Source: Takakia lepidozioides
Lineage: Eukaryota; Plantae; Bryophyta
DNA: 64,000 nucleotides
Reading direction: 5' to 3'
Assembly (NCBI GenBank): GCA_030704615.1
Contig: CM060731.1
Coordinates: 54,870,001-54,934,000 of the forward strand
Shown: piece by piece, positions 61,997-64,000 of the stretch
Layout of the letters: each line of letters begins with the position of its first letter
Position numbering within the stretch: position 1 is the stretch's first letter
The notes under the pieces: generated by a model
Databases searched by the model: none
The model's input: the letters and a program-made list of their open reading frames with translations, nothing else
Told to the model about the DNA's origin: nothing
Program-made: the position numbers and the translations under genes

Positions 61997-63932
61997 CTAC
62001 TGGAAGCTCTTTCGCACATTGCCTTCGTCAAACAAACATCCTCCAATCATAAGTTGATGTTTTGGTTGGGTTTGAAATGACGTCAGTGTCGTGTCTCTGC
62101 AGCATGGGCTTCCCATCAGATAAGTCCACACAGACTCCTGGCCTGCCCAGTCGAAGTCAATGAATTTGACGTCAAAACCCTTTCCATGAGGCCTCACCAT
62201 GATATTCACGTCACGCACATCCCCGTGGACGGACCCCGGATTGGTTGAATCGAGCAAAGGTAACCTCTGAACCCTTGTCAGTGCCTCTCTGGCCGCCGAA
62301 CGAGCTCTTTCCTTCTCACTAGCGTCAAGCGTTATGAGCATCTCCCACGGAGGCCCTAAGTATTCCATTGCAACCATTTTATAGCCCCCCGCCAACTCCT
62401 GTACATCCACTAGTACTTCCAGTGCAAAGCCCACGTTGTGCCAAGCTTTGTGCACCTAGAAAAAGCAGATGCAAGCAAAACCAAATCAGACCAAGTGAGA
62501 AAGCCTTAATACACAACCAAGAATCGATTGGAAAATCATTTCACACGATGTAAGTAACACATGCTAGCTCTGTCGATCAATCAATGAATTTAAGGTAAAC
62601 CCCACACCACCAAACCATCACGTAGCGTGTCATATCTTTCAAGATCAGGGTAACAACTAGCAAAGCCAAGTAAGATTCTTACACACCTCCTTGCCATATC
62701 TTCTACAGAATTTGATAACCAGCTTTCGATTATTATCGTCCTCAGCCAGAAATTCGAGCTTCTCGTCGTGTTTCCTGAGTGGCTCCTTGAAAGTAAACTT
62801 TGGATTCCACCAAACTGGGTACGGCACCTCCTTACTTCCCAACCATTCCTGCCGTGCAGATGTCCTACCTGCTTCCTCAATCTGTGCGTAGAATAATGCC
62901 AAACTGTCTATGCCCAGCTTCAAGGCCCTGAAAATATTGGGCAAGCTTTCATTTCTGTAGGACAAATTGACCAAATCTGTGAGCATACTGGTATGCACTC
63001 GGTCGAAGTAGGCCATCGCACTGATTCTCAATGAGGACCTTGAATTTCTACTAGGAACGCCGGGCAATTGCATGCTGCGAAAGCTTTCTTAGCCGACTCC
63101 GTGCTGCTCGATTGAGCATAACCACAGAATCGGGCGTAGTAATTCTGGCCCTGGAAAAATTTGTCAGACCCTGTTGAGCCTGTTGAACCCAGCTCATTCG
63201 CCACATCTAGTATTGCATAAACTGGAAAGCCCGTGCCACTGCCAATGCACCCATCCACTTCACATCTATCTTTCTTCCGGCTAACAACTTTCCCGCTCAA
63301 GTATGGTGTCAACAACGCTGTAATTGCGATCTGACGCTCATGCTCGTCCGAGTAAAACTCGGAGCTCGTATTGCAGAACTCTTTCACAAACGCATAATCC
63401 TCTCTTGTTGGCAAGGATGCATCACGCAAATTGTCCACGAAAGTTCCGAAAACGGGATGCGTCAAAGGCGCTTCAAGAAGACTTACAGCATCAGCAGGAC
63501 GACTACATCGATAGAGGGGACCCTCCTCAGGATCGTCATAATCACATGCTTTGGAGTCATCGATGAGGGAGCAAATTTCTGATACCTCTTTGTCGAGTCA
63601 GATTTCTTTGGTGTCTTATTTGAGTCCAAAGCTACAACGGGAGGCCGGCAAATGACTCGAACGGGAGACGTCCTATTTGACTCTCCAAGGTGCTGCAAGA
63701 AATCCTCGTAATCTGCGATGTGTTGCTCAAGGTATTGGAAACGAAACCCTAAACCAGGAACATGGTCCAATTCTCCACATTCTTGTTTCAAAAGAAGTCC
63801 AACACCAATCAGATCTTCACAGTTCATCAGAAACCTGGAAGGTAGCTTAAACGACTGCCAAACAACCTCAACTGTGCCGTCGGCGTGTTTGTGACATATC
63901 TCCAAGTACCCTTCCTGGAAGAACAAACACAA
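61997..63932 (-). pseudogene. REase-fold plus protein kinase gene (Crinkler/CR-effector-like), frameshifted; 5' end likely outside the window
   Basis: HPVFGTF...VDG...ILDVANELG...QGQNYY (PD-(D/E)xK-like), then LVIKFCRRYGKE|VHKAW (intron 62686-62456), MVAMEYL, VHGDVRDVNIMV, FIDFDWAG; frameshifts near 63545 and 63030. Confidence 0.75.
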
Positions 63933-64000
63933 AACCTTGTCACTTCCTTGTCAAGAACCTAACACATGCGAGTGAAAGCAAATTTACCAATAGACTAGAA

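Overview
Land-plant nuclear DNA, probably a bryophyte or other non-seed plant (inferred from PsbX, a type-B response regulator, a PLS-DYW PPR gene and the TE types). Positions 1-47.3 kb are a nest of transposons: a chromovirus-type Ty3/gypsy (5' part plus a solo LTR), several copies of a non-chromovirus Ty3/gypsy with a large extra 3' ORF, Mutator-like (MULE) elements, CACTA elements (one complete, carrying PPR fragments) and a PIF/Harbinger MITE. There is a 500-N gap at 14512-15011. Positions 47.5-64 kb hold PsbX (+), a type-B response regulator (-), a PPR-DYW editing factor (+), a LINE 3' fragment and a broken REase-fold/kinase (Crinkler-like) gene. Main finding: two different MULE families share a three-part layout. 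A spliced gene with a beta-class DNA amino-methyltransferase (N4C/N6A) fold and the transposase gene point away from each other across a family-specific array of palindromes (53-bp period in one family, ~117-bp in the other). The copies here are degenerate and the catalytic motif reads DFPD rather than DPPY, so function is a hypothesis. All calls were read by eye; no database search was run.
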